Origin: Octopus sinensis
Taxonomy: Eukaryota
Length of the DNA: 19,950 bases
Assembly: GCF_006345805.1 (NCBI RefSeq)
Contig: NW_021824093.1
Location: 1-19,950 of the forward strand
Reading direction: 5' to 3'
Shown here one piece after another: positions 1 to 10,589 of the stretch; position 1 is the stretch's first letter; each line of letters opens with the position of its first letter. The position numbers and the translations under genes were made by a program. The notes beneath the pieces were generated by a model that saw only the letters and a list, made by a program, of their open reading frames with translations, had not been told where the DNA came from and searched no databases.

Positions 1-1239
1 TCTACGCGTGGGTGGGTGAGGGTGTGATTGTTCTTTCTTTCTGTATTGTTCTTCCTTTGTTTCTTATCGCCATATTCACCTTCTTTGTTCCTCTATCCTT
101 TCTCTCTCGATCCCCACTCTCTTACTCTTCATTTATTCGGACTCTCCCTCACTTTCTCTTGCTTTTATCTTTCTCTATCTATCTATCTCCCATTTATAAA
201 AAATTAGATTTCCGTGCTTAAATTACAAATCTTTACTTTACCATGTTGAAAAATTTGATTGAAATCGGGCAAAAGGGTGTCCAATCTAAACCCCCAATTG
301 TCCCCCAAAATCAATAAATCCCTATTTTCACACAAAACGACCACAGTAGCGCCCCAAAAGTCTCTCAAACAATTTCTCACCGCAAGTTACCCCCTCTTCT
401 AAATTGTAATCTCCTTCCAGGCCCAATTACACATATTTTTACTTAAAAATCCAATTTGTATCATCGTTCGCCTTCTTCATTTGATAGATTAGAAATACAT
501 ACCCGGCCTTGTTCGGAATTAAAATAGTTTATTATTGTTTTACTCGTTTTGGTATTATAACCCGATTTCATTCGGGTCTAAGCGGGCCACATTTTAAAAG
601 ATGAGGAATTTTGCCCTAGAGTCCATGCCTTTCAATTGAGCAAATTCGAAGTTCCAATACACTTTTAACATAGGTGTGCATATTTTTAGCCAAATCCAAC
701 CACATATGCACACAGTATATATATAAATTAACACAATATATCTGTTTAATAATATCTGTTATGACTGTGCGATGGAGGTGGGCGATATTAATTCACCGTT
801 CTAAAAGACCTGTGGCGAGAATATTTAAACTTTTGCGGTTGTCATCGCTTTCTGTCTATAGATACAGACAGATGTACAGTGAGAGAGGTGGTGGAAGAAA
901 GAGTGACAGAGAGACATCGTTATAGAGGGATCAAAAAATCACTCTTTTTGCCATAGCAACCACATCTTATAGCTTGCGATTTTTAACCATCGGCGGGTCT
1001 CATTCTCACCACGCATTTAGTATCCTTGCCTCGGTTTGGCTGCCATTAACCTCCAAAGCAAAATGTGCATAAAATTTTCGTCAAAGGACTGTCTTATAGA
1101 TATGAATAACACACCAAATAATATAAGTTATACCAGAAAAGAGAACAGCAACAACATAGCAAGGCCTTCAGACATAACAACTAAATCAACACCACATAGA
1201 CATATCCACGCAGATCAATAATGTTTCTATAATTAAGTG

Positions 1240-1842
1240 GATTGGAGAGAAAAAAAAGGGTATATAAGCATCGGATTTTGTGCGCAAGAGAGAAGTCTAC
1301 CATGGTATGGTTATGTGATGCATATGGATGAAGATAGCTTCATCAAGAAGTGGTGATCTCTCATTGTGGAGGGAATGTGTGGAGGGGGTAGACCCAGAAA
1401 GACGTGCAATAATGTGGTGAGAAAGGACCGTCAGACGTTGGGCTCACAGAGGGGATGAAATGGGAGCGATACTTTTGGCAGTCTGCTGTACTTGAGATGA
1501 TATGTGCCAAGCTAGTCGTCGTTGTCCTTGCATACTGTCATGACCCCTGTATCATTCTTCGTCTGAGATATCCTAATCTTGTGAGATCATGGGTGCTGAT
1601 GCTCCGGAAAAATCACCCATGCTGGTGTCACATACAAATATCCGTGTCGGTGCTGCAGCACAAAAGCACGCAGTACATTATGTAAATGTGGTGGCATTAG
1701 GAAGAACGTCCAACTGTCGAAACCATGCGTAAAGAGATATGGAGCCCAGGTAGCTTTTCAGCTGACCAGCTTCTGTCAAAGCGTCGAACCCATGCCAGCT
1801 TTGAAAACAGTCGATACATTATCATGATGATGATGATGATGA
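1240..1842 (+). mobile_element. RTE-clade LINE, 5'-truncated 3' end (decayed)
   Basis: Translates as AQERSLPWYGYVMHMDEDSFIKKW*SLIVEGMCGGGRPRKTCNNVVRKD, the RTE ORF C-terminus, and is homologous to 5497-5697. The 3' UTR resembles 5970-6135 and ends in a (GAT)n tail at 1824-1842. Confidence 0.8.
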
Positions 1843-2204
1843 ATTAATAAGGAAACATCTTTTGATGAAAGAAAGTGAAGTAAGGGAAGTAGAATCGGTG
1901 TCACAGTTGAGGCAGAACACCAACGCATAGTTGATAATTTGTTCAGTGTTAGTCTGATGGACTATTCCAGTAGGTGGGGAGGTCGCTGGCTGGTCAGAGT
2001 AGGTTCCTCTCACCAAAGTAGGACATTACAACAATACACAGATGACCATCAACTGCCTGAATAGTAGTCAGTCATCTGTAGTGAGCTTTATTCATATGGG
2101 AATAGCCCAATGTCATAACAAAACTAACAGCGAAGCGAAAATTTTAGAAAGTTCCCCCAGTGCTGAAAAAAATCGATAAATTCGACATGGAGTCGAGAAT
2201 CTAA

Positions 2205-2429
2205 CTTTTTATATGCAACACATCTTCTGTCTAGAGGACGCAAACTCGACCTTTTCATCGCCCAAAGGGACAGCTAGGAACATCGTATACACAGAAGTAT
2301 TCGAGTGAAGAGAAGATATTGCAACCTACACACGCACCTTCGTTCCCTAGAGGGAAAGGACTAGATTGGGATTAGTCGTTGCCTACTAGGGGCTCTTACA
2401 TACCCGGGCAATGCCGGCTATGCTGCTAG
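2205..2429 (+). mobile_element. Helitron 3' terminus with Rep/helicase C-terminal relic
   Basis: 2261-2308 reads PKGTARNIVYTEVFE*, resembling the T(K/R)NIVYxEV(L/F)* end of Helitron helicases. A GC-rich hairpin (ccgggcaatgccgg, 2404-2417) is followed 8 nt later by CTAG (2426-2429) and then T, which is the canonical Helitron 3' end. Confidence 0.62.
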
Positions 2430-2571
2430 TATTATATAAAAGAAATGTGACAGAGAGCTGTTTCAGGCAGAGATTCTTCATGGAATGGACAAGATGTATT
2501 TATTATCATGGCCCCAGCACTATAAATGTTACTGTCTATCATATGAACCTCTCTTCTACCCAGTATCATTG

Positions 2572-2688
2572 TTAATTCAGAATAATATCTCCTGTCTTGA
2601 ATAGATCATTCTCCTTCAAATTTTGATGACCGTGTTGTATGGCCAACATTCGAGATGGATCACCTTCTCTACCATGGAGAGGTCGTGC
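2572..2688 (-). CDS. Candidate (alternative) terminal exon of the ankyrin gene
   Basis: Pyrimidine-rich acceptor ctattctctattccgtccccttccgtcctcaaag|GCA about 310 nt past the exon D donor. Phase-0 reading gives ARPLHGREGDPSRMLAIQHGHQNLKENDLFKTGDIILN*. A minus-strand AATAAA follows at 2504-2499. No transcript evidence. Confidence 0.25.
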   Translation of the reverse strand, partial: ARPLHGREGDPSRMLAIQHGHQNLKENDLFKTGDIILN

Positions 2689-2866
2689 CTTTGAGGACGG
2701 AAGGGGACGGAATAGAGAATAGTGTGTTACATAATAATATAACTAAGGGTTACCATTGTGACTGGATCAGGAAATTTGGAATGGAGGAGGGGGGTTGGTA
2801 GGTGAGAATTGCGATATAAACAATGTCTGTTTCTGTCTGTCTTTCTCTGTCAGTTTGTCTATTTTA

Positions 2867-2887
2867 CACACACACAGACGCACAAAT

Positions 2888-2923
<36 letters not shown>

Positions 2924-2931
2924 GCACAAAT

Positions 2932-2972
<41 letters not shown>
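2867..2972. repeat. Interrupted (CA)n microsatellite
   Basis: (CA)n with two identical gacgcacaaatg interruptions about 42 bp apart. Lies about 25 nt into the intron after exon D. Confidence 0.95.
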
Positions 2973-2975
<3 letters not shown>

Positions 2976-2998
2976 TCACAAACAATGTGAAAACTTAC

Positions 2999-3211
2999 CT
3001 GATCTAACATGGTCATGTGCTCCACCTCAGAATGAAAGTTGTTTTCTCTTTTTAACGCCAGATGCAGGCAATTATTTCCTCCATGTTCGACAACATTTAC
3101 ATTCGCGCCCCTGGCTATCAGCCGCTGCATTATTCCGAGGTGACCGTCCGAAACAGCTTCAAGCAATGGTGTCCTATATTCTTTGTTCACAATTTCTAAA
3201 TTCACCGAATC
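2999..3211 (-). CDS. Ankyrin-repeat protein, internal exon D (213 nt, phase 0 to phase 0)
   Basis: Acceptor ttttcattttccatttttacctcaaaag|GAT and donor CAG|gtaagt. Encodes DSVNLEIVNKEYRTPLLEAVSDGHLGIMQRLIARGANVNVVEHGGNNCLHLALKRENNFHSEVEHMTMLDQ, about 1.5 ankyrin repeats. Confidence 0.9.
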
Positions 3212-3640
3212 CTTTTGAGGTAAAAATGGAAAATGAAAATTTACATGAAAATCGGGGGGTGATATCAATGTCATTACAGTTTTTACTGGGTACTAGATCA
3301 AATGATCAAATACATTTGATGTTTGTCAGTGAAATAAATCTTCCATAAGGACCTTCTATAACCTGATACATGTGTGTGTTAGAGACATGATAAACATAGT
3401 AAGATGTCCTACATTGCCCCTCACTATAGTAAGTTGTAGGGCAACGAACTAAAGTAAACACATGATTAGCAGATCAAGTCAAGTAAAGAAGAATTATAAT
3501 TCCTAATGTTTACTTTTGACGTTGCTACATTAATAAGGGGTTCATAAAACTGCTGAGCCGGTTAGCGTCCACATGCATAAAACTAATGCGCACGCACGCA
3601 CACAACACACATAAACATCAGTGTTACATATATAAATACA

Positions 3641-4098
3641 TATAATGAATTGGGGAAACGGAGTTCACGAGAATATGCATCACAACGACCGTTTCGACCC
3701 ATCTTGCATCGGTCGCTTGCGGGGTGGGCTACTATACATGTTGTGTTGCAACCTCCAGTGCAGATGCATCTCATCGGGTGCCTTGTTTTAATGTAAAAGA
3801 TACCTCACTAAATATATTCAGTTTCACTTGACATGTTGTTGCTAGGAGCTTCTTGGATAAAAACATGAGAGACAACAGCCTTCTGGCAACAACAACATTC
3901 CAAGCGAAACCTTATATTTTACAGAGGTATCTTCTTTAAAACAAGACACCCGATGACATGCATCTGCAACGGAGGATGTACAACAACCAGTTATACAATA
4001 TCCTACCTGCAAGGGCCCGATGCAAGATGGATTGAAACAATCGTTGCGATGAATGAAAATTCTCGTTAACTCCATTTTCTGCTTCCTCAGTCATTATA
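3641..4098. repeat. Diverged long inverted repeat (foldback, MITE-like)
   Basis: 3641-3843 aligns to the reverse complement of 3888-4098. Shared blocks include atcttgcatcgg, gcagatgcat(c/g)tcatcgggtg, cttgttttaa, agatacctc and ggagtt(c/a)acgagaat. Identity is roughly 70-80% by eye with a ~45-bp spacer. No TSD found. Confidence 0.8.
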
Positions 4099-4241
4099 AA
4101 CTGAACGAACACTGCAGAATACATGAGGTAGATCCAGTGTCACTTATAGCTCAACTGTGGATGACATGAGGTAACCGAATCAGCGAAAGAGCTTTAAGCG
4201 GCATACTTCTAAATGTATACACAAATTCCAAATAATTACAA

Positions 4242-4243
<2 letters not shown>

Positions 4244-4281
<38 letters not shown>
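4244..4281. repeat. (CA)n microsatellite
   Basis: Pure AC run directly abutting the 5'-truncation point of the RTE LINE. Confidence 0.95.
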
Positions 4282-4284
<3 letters not shown>

Positions 4285-6178
4285 GGGAGGATGATGCCTT
4301 GCACGGAAAGAATTACAGAGGTATCACACTATTAGATGAAGCAATGAAAATTACTCAGAGGGTCACAGACAAAATAATTAGGACGTGTGTTAGACCAGAA
4401 GAAGTGCAATTTGGTTTTGTGCCAGAGCGAAGCACCTCTGATGGATCCTGGTAAGGCAGCTGCAGGAGAAGTACCTAGCCAAAGATAAACCCTTGTACTG
4501 GGCCTTGTGTTAAACACGGAGAAAGGCTTTGACAGGATTCCTCGATCCCTTATTTGCTGGTCACTGCAAAAGCTAGGGATGGACGAATGGTTGGTGAGAG
4601 CGTTACAAGTCATGTACAGGGATGCTGTCAGTAAGGTGAGGTTTGGCATCGTGTGTAGCACAATCAATTAGGGTACAAGTAGGGGTTCATCATTGATTAG
4701 TCCTCAGCGCCTTCCTGTTTATCAGAGTCCTCCAGGCAATAACAGAGGGATTAAGATGACCGCTTCTAGGAGATCCCCAATGCTGATGACTTGTTATCAT
4801 AGCCGAATAACTTTCAGAACTAGGTAAATTTTAGGTATATCAGTTAGGACTAGAATCAACGAGCCTTAAACTTCATCTAAAAAAAGCAATCTTAGTAAGT
4901 AGGAAAGCGGACAATTCACAAATCCCCTTAGGAAGATGGCACTGTTTGATCTGTAGAAAAAGCGTAGGTAGGAAGTTCATAAGATGTGCCCAGTGTAAGG
5001 TATGGACACATAAGTGTTGCAGCAATATCAGAGGAAGGTTAACGGGGATAATAGTTTTTTCTGTGTGGAAGGTGCACAAGTACAATAAACAGCACAAATG
5101 TAGAGGAAAATAGAGCCCATCAATTGCCAGGTAGGTAAGCTACTGTGAGTTGATAGTTTCCGCTATCTAGGTGGCCAGTCAGGAGTGAGGTTTGTGCTTC
5201 CTTGAGTGTAGCTGCAAGAATAAGAATAAGACGTGCAAAGTTCAGAGTAATCTTAACTCTAATGGTAACAACAAAGAGCGTCTCCCTGAGATTGAAAGGC
5301 AGACGTTATGATGCCTGTGTGTAAATAACTATGTTACATGTCAGTGAAACATGGGATGTGACCTCTCTGAGGACTTCCATAGGCTTGAAAGAAATGAAGC
5401 CAGTAGGCCTCGCTGGATGTAAAATGTCAGTGTGCATGTACGACAGAGTATAGGAGTCTTGAGAGAAAAGCTGAGCATGAAGACATCAAATAGGGTGTGC
5501 AAGAGAGACGTCTGCGTTGGTATGGTCTTGCGATGTGTATGGACATGGGCAGCTGTATCAAAAAGTGCCGATCTCTAACTGTGGAAGGATCCTTTGGAAG
5601 ACGGAGACCCAAGAAGACTTTCGATGAGTTGATGAAGAATGATCTCCAACCGTTGGACATCATAGAGGAGATGACAAGTGACCGAGAGCCCTGGTGATAT
5701 TCTGCTGCGGGAGAGGACATGTCAGGCCAAGTGACGATAAGGATGTGTGTCGTTGCCAGTGTCCTATAAGTGGCAGCCGTGCATCATAGCCGTGGCTGTT
5801 CGCTTCCGGTGCCATGTCAATGACACCTGGGTATCATAGTTGTGGTCACCGATGGTGCCATGTAAATTGGCACCTGGGAATTATCGTCGTTGGTGGTGCC
5901 ATTTAAATGGCAACCATCCGTGAATCGTAGTCGTGGCCATGTCGGTGTCATGCAAGTGGCACCCGTGCCGGTGGCATCTGAAAGCACCAGTTACACACCT
6001 GGGGTGGTTAGCATTAAGAAGGACATCGAGCTGTAGAAACCATGCCAAATCAGACAGGAACGTGGGGCAGCTCACCGACTCATAATCTCCTGTCAAACCA
6101 GCCGACACATGCCAGTATGGTGAGTGGATGTTAAATGATGATAATGATGGATGATGATGATGATGATGTGATGGTGAT
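4282..6178 (+). mobile_element. RTE-clade LINE, 5'-truncated, decayed reverse transcriptase plus 3' UTR
   Basis: Frameshifted RT segments: NYRGITLLDEAMK...QFGFVPERSTSD (4311-), VRQLQEKYLAKDKPLY, EKGFDRIPRSLICWSLQKLGMDEWLVRAL (4519-), NADD (YADD equivalent, ~4780), and QERRLRWYG...RRRPKKT (5500-). The 3' UTR carries a hairpin array and ends in a (GAT)n tail at 6135-6178. Confidence 0.92.
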
Positions 6179-6240
6179 AACGCACAAATAGAGACATAGA
6201 CATACACAAATATGAAAATAACAATCAAAAACTATCATTG

Positions 6241-6490
<250 letters not shown>

Positions 6491-7012
6491 TGTTCTTTAT
6501 TAGCCACACAGGGCTGCACACAGATAGAACAAATTACAAGTAGAGCTTTTCTTTTGAAGGTTTAAAAAAAAAAGAAACGGAAGGGGGAGTTTCGATCAAA
6601 AGGGATCGTAAAAGGAGAGAAAGAGGACAAAAAAAGGGGGGTTAAAAAAAAGGGGGAGAGGAAAAAAAAAAATTGATCAATAGGGATCGTTATCACAGAA
6701 ATGTCAATATGAAGTGTAAAGGGGAGGACAGGTGAGGTTTACCCGTGGAAGAAAAGCCTACGGAAAAGACCACGGTAACCTCGGTCAATGGAGTCACATG
6801 TTATATTTCTTTTTTTTTTTTTGCGGAATAAGCAACTCTCTGTTTTCAATTTCTGGGTTCATAGGATCATGCTCAAGGTGGCTTCGTCATTCATAAGTGC
6901 CATTCTTGCTACATTCACCCATCTTTTTTTAAAACATTCGCTAGACAAAACTTGCTCTCTACTCTCACTTTCCTTTTCAAGTGGTACTTGAAGAAGTTGA
7001 TGAGAGATTGAC
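6491..7012 (-). mobile_element. Tx1/L1-clade LINE, short 3' copy (~520 bp)
   Basis: Near-identical to 7058-7598. Encodes the ORF2 end YHLKRKVRVE..QVLSSECFKKRWVNVARMALMNDEATLSMIL* (stop at 6859-6861). On the minus strand it ends ggctaataaagaaca|tatctatc. Confidence 0.85.
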
Positions 7013-7057
7013 AGACAGATAGACAGAAAGATATATAGATAGATAGGTAGAGAGATA

Positions 7058-8590
7058 TGTTTCTTATTAGCCACACAGGGCTGCACACAGATAGAACAAA
7101 TTACAAGGTAGAGCTTTTCTTTTGAAGGTTTAAAAAAAAAAATAAATAAAAAAAGGAAGGGGGAGTTTCGATCAAAAGGGATCGTAAAAGGAGAGAAAGA
7201 GGACAAAAAAAGGGGGGTTAAAAAAAAGGGGGAGAGGAAAAAAAAAAAAAAATTGATCAATAGGGATCGTTATCACAGAAATGTCAATATGAAGTGTAAA
7301 GGGGAGGACAGGTGAGGTTTACCCGTGGAAAGAAAAGCCTACGGAAAAGACCACGGTAACCTCGGTCAATGGAGTCACATGTTATATTTCTTTTTTCTTT
7401 TTTTTTTTGCAAATAAGCAACTCTCTGTTTTCAATTTCTGGGTTCATAGGATCATGCTCAAGGTGGCTTCGTCATTCATACGTGCCATTCTTGCTACATT
7501 CACCCATCTTTTTTTAAAACATTCGCTAGACAAAACTTGCCTCTCTACTCTCACTTTCCTTTTCAAGTGGTACTTGAGGAAGTTGATGAGAGATTGACCA
7601 GAGAGGAAAGTGTTGTCTCCAATCCTTTCAGAGGCATCCACCAGATACATTCTTTCGCCATAGCCACAAGGATGATGAAAATAGCTTCTTCCTTTCGTTT
7701 GAAGGAGGGAGGCGTGCGTGACAATATTAACGATAGACTCAGCTGATAAACCGACTCGTCCCACACGTGACAGCAGTTGTTCGACACAAGCCCACAGGTC
7801 GGAAATTGTTGGACACTGCACGAGTGCGTGCAGAACGGTTTCGTCGCTCTGACCGCATCTCGGGCAGGTCGGCCCCGTGTTTCTCGAGCCGTGTCTGTAA
7901 AGCTTATCCCGAACGGGTAGCGCTTCTCAGTAGCACTGCCAGGCCAGGGATCTCTGGAAGTTGTCCATGGGCCCTGGCCCGAAAGTCGTCCTGAACAGGC
8001 GGGTCAGGTACTCCTCGTCGACGTCCAGGTTCGCCCCGAGCTCGTCGTCGTACCTCCCCTCCACTAAAACCCTATAGAATGCTTTGGTTGTTTGAAGTCA
8101 ATCAAGGTCGACCCAGGACGGGCAGAGTTGCTTGAGAGCAACGCGACACTCGCGGTGCCATTCGCCCTTCTTCGGCCTCTTTTGATCCACGACTGCAGTT
8201 CGGTCATGGAGACGAGCTGCGGGAAAGCGTGCCTCACAAACGGCGACCACACCTGTTCACCGTCGTCTACATAGAGCCAGAGATGTCGCAGTCTCAGCGC
8301 TGTGGCGCGCATCATCAACCACGGCATGCCCAGCCCTCCTTTTAACGGGTGTTGACAGCAAATGGATCGCCTGACCATCGGGACGCATCCTTTCCACAAG
8401 AAGCAAAAGAGAATGCGTTGTAGTTTGGTGATGGTAGGGTCGGGACAAGGTACGACGGTCAGGCGGTAGTAGATGACGGACACGATGCACGTGTTTGCCA
8501 CCTCCGCCCGACCTTTTAGGGACAGTTTCCTCTCGGCCCATTGCCGGGCGAGAGTGGCCACCCTACTCGTTATCTCGTTCCAGTTCTTCT
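7058..8590 (-). mobile_element. Tx1/L1-clade LINE, 5'-truncated (~1.5 kb), ORF2 C-terminal half with frameshifts
   Basis: Post-RT motifs KNWNEITSRV..QWAERKLSLKGRAEVANTCIVSVIYY..LFCFLWKG..HPLKGGLG, a CCHC knuckle CPRCGQSDETVLHALVQC (~7858-7805), and a stop at 7444-7446. GC-rich relative to the flanks and contains several 1-bp frameshifts. Confidence 0.88.
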
Positions 8591-8630
<40 letters not shown>

Positions 8631-8711
8631 CAGATAGACAGATAGACAGACAGACAGACAGACAGGCAGACAGGCAGACAGGCAGACAGGCAGACAGGCA
8701 GGCAGACAGGC

Positions 8712-8742
<31 letters not shown>

Positions 8743-8774
8743 TAGATAGATAGATAGATAGATAGATGATAGTT

Positions 8775-8834
<60 letters not shown>

Positions 8835-8893
8835 CATTGATAGATGATAGATAGATAGATAGATAAAGGTAGATAGAAGTAAAGAAGATAGAA

Positions 8894-8937
<44 letters not shown>

Positions 8938-9051
8938 AAGATAATCGATAGATAGATAGACAGATAGACAGAGAGAGAGAGCTAGAGAGACAGAAAGACA
9001 GAGAGAGAGCTAGAGAGACAGAAAGACAGGCAGACAGCTAGACAGACAGGC

Positions 9052-9094
<43 letters not shown>

Positions 9095-9145
9095 TAGATA
9101 GATAGATAGAGAGATAGATAGATAGATAGAAAGATAGACAGATAG

Positions 9146-9176
<31 letters not shown>

Positions 9177-9219
9177 GATAGATAGATAGAGAGGTAGATA
9201 GAAAGATAGACAGATAGAT

Positions 9220-9273
<54 letters not shown>

Positions 9274-9281
9274 ATAAATAA

Positions 9282-9330
<49 letters not shown>

Positions 9331-9340
9331 AAGAAAGAAA
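8591..9340. repeat. Compound tetranucleotide array (GATA)n/(GACA)n/(GGCAGACA)n
   Basis: About 750 bp, grading GATA > GACA > GGCA > GACA > GATA. Produces the spurious LSIY/LSVC ORFs. Confidence 0.95.
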
Positions 9341-9529
9341 TAGCTAGACACACACATCCATATATACATGGTTGTAGTGTAAGGAGCTTTTTTCCCAGCC
9401 TTACACTGTTCCACGTTGAATCCCTCTGCATGGAAACTCAGGCAAGTATATTCTACCCTTACCTAGGGCTGAACAAAAACTTGTTAGTGGATTTGGTAAA
9501 TGAAAACTGAAAGAAGCTTCATAACAGGT

Positions 9530-9745
9530 GGTGTGTGTCTATGCGTGTGTGCCTATGTATGTGTGTGTGTGAGAGTTAGTGTTTGCATTGTGTGGTGTGT
9601 GTGTGTGTGTAGCGGCTCGGTAAAGAGGCTGAGGGATGAGAGGATAAGTGATATGCTTAAAATAAAAGAAAGGACTGGGATCGATACATTTGACTAAAAA
9701 TTCAGGTGATGCCCCAGCATGACCGCAGTCAAATGCCTGAAACAA
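9530..9745 (+). mobile_element. Octopus-type SINE, central (TG)n and 3' part
   Basis: (TG)n, then tagcggctcggtaaagag ... actgggatcgatacatttgactaa ... tgccccagcatgaccgcagtcaaatgcctgaaacaa. Homologous in inverted orientation to 11539-11760. The family assignment is from recall. Confidence 0.7.
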
Positions 9746-10061
9746 TTAATTATATATATATATATATATGTATATACATATATACACATGATGTCTGTTA
9801 TATTTTGGTTCATCTCGTAATGACGTAGTTTCATTTGACCATTAAAGATATTATTATCAGTGATGGTGGTCAGTTGGACTGTCCACACCGCTAATATCAA
9901 CATCAACATGATCAATATACAATTCCTCCACAAACACAAGGCTTTTGTAGTACATGTGATTAAATCTATCTCCATTATTTCACTGGTACATTGGTAATAT
10001 TTATATTATACAGATCAATATAATACTGGAGAGTGTATATAATACGTATTTATTAACTAAC

Positions 10062-10098
10062 CTGGTTCAGCAAGAGAGACACCAATTCATTGTTTCGC
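10062..10098 (-). CDS. Ankyrin-repeat protein, 37-nt microexon C (phase 2 to phase 0)
   Basis: Context ttttctttcctcatccattactttcaggcag|GCGAAACAATGAATTGGTGTCTCTCTTGCTGAACCAG|gttagt. Encodes (R)RNNELVSLLLNQ, the missing second ankyrin helix. It supplies the needed phase 2-to-0 bridge between exons B and D and gives a 34-aa TPLH-to-TPLL spacing. Confidence 0.78.
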
Positions 10099-10400
10099 CT
10101 GCCTGAAAGTAATGGATGAGGAAAGAAAAACATGAAAAAACAAACATCACACAGCTTGAGATAATAGTTATTAGGTCATTAAAGAAAACAAATGTAATTA
10201 GGTCACAATAACTTAATTACAGCATTATTACACATACTCACACACACACAAATATATTTATTCAATACACACTCTACACAGTAGAACAATGATATATACA
10301 CCCCTGAGTAAACCCAGAAATGTAAAGACAGGAAAAATACTGCTAAGAATTCTGACAGCTTATATAAACATGAAATTTAGGAAGAAAAGAAGGGCTACAG

Positions 10401-10512
10401 GTAATCATATGAACCCCAGTACATCACTGGTATTGTATTTTATCAACCTTGCAAAGATGGAAGGAGAAGTTGACTTGGCAGGATTGAACTCTGAACGTAA
10501 AGAGTCGTAAAT
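10401..10512 (-). mobile_element. tRNA-derived SINE fragment
   Basis: The minus strand has a B-box-like GTTCAATCC followed by ...gataaaat..taccag..gtactgggg, which shares the actgggg-tcgat core with the other SINE copies. Confidence 0.55.
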
Positions 10513-10589
10513 AAAATAACACAATTTATTCTCTAAAAGTAATAAGAAACAAGAACTGGAGAAGAAGGAAGACAGTTTATTAAAGGAAA

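Noticed and set aside
485-525. tagaaatacatacccggccttgttcgg, resembling a minus-strand Helitron 3' end
   Set aside because: The hairpin is poor, the terminus reads CTAA rather than CTAG, and no other end was identified.
5808-5988. Regularly spaced palindromic repeats with variable linkers, superficially CRISPR-like
   Set aside because: Eukaryotic context inside an RTE 3' UTR. The repeats are degenerate, the linkers are related to each other and irregular in length, and there are no cas genes.
8591-9431. LSIY/LSVC-repeat ORFs, including the N-terminal part of the 257-aa ORF 8064-8837
   Set aside because: Translations of (TATC)n/(TGTC)n. Only the portion from 8590 downward is real LINE ORF2.
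9857-9945. Short minus-strand frame SLVFVEELYIDHVDVDISGVDSPTDHHH* considered as the missing exon
   Set aside because: No ankyrin character and no pyrimidine tract. The 37-nt exon at 10062-10098 fits the phase and repeat spacing exactly.
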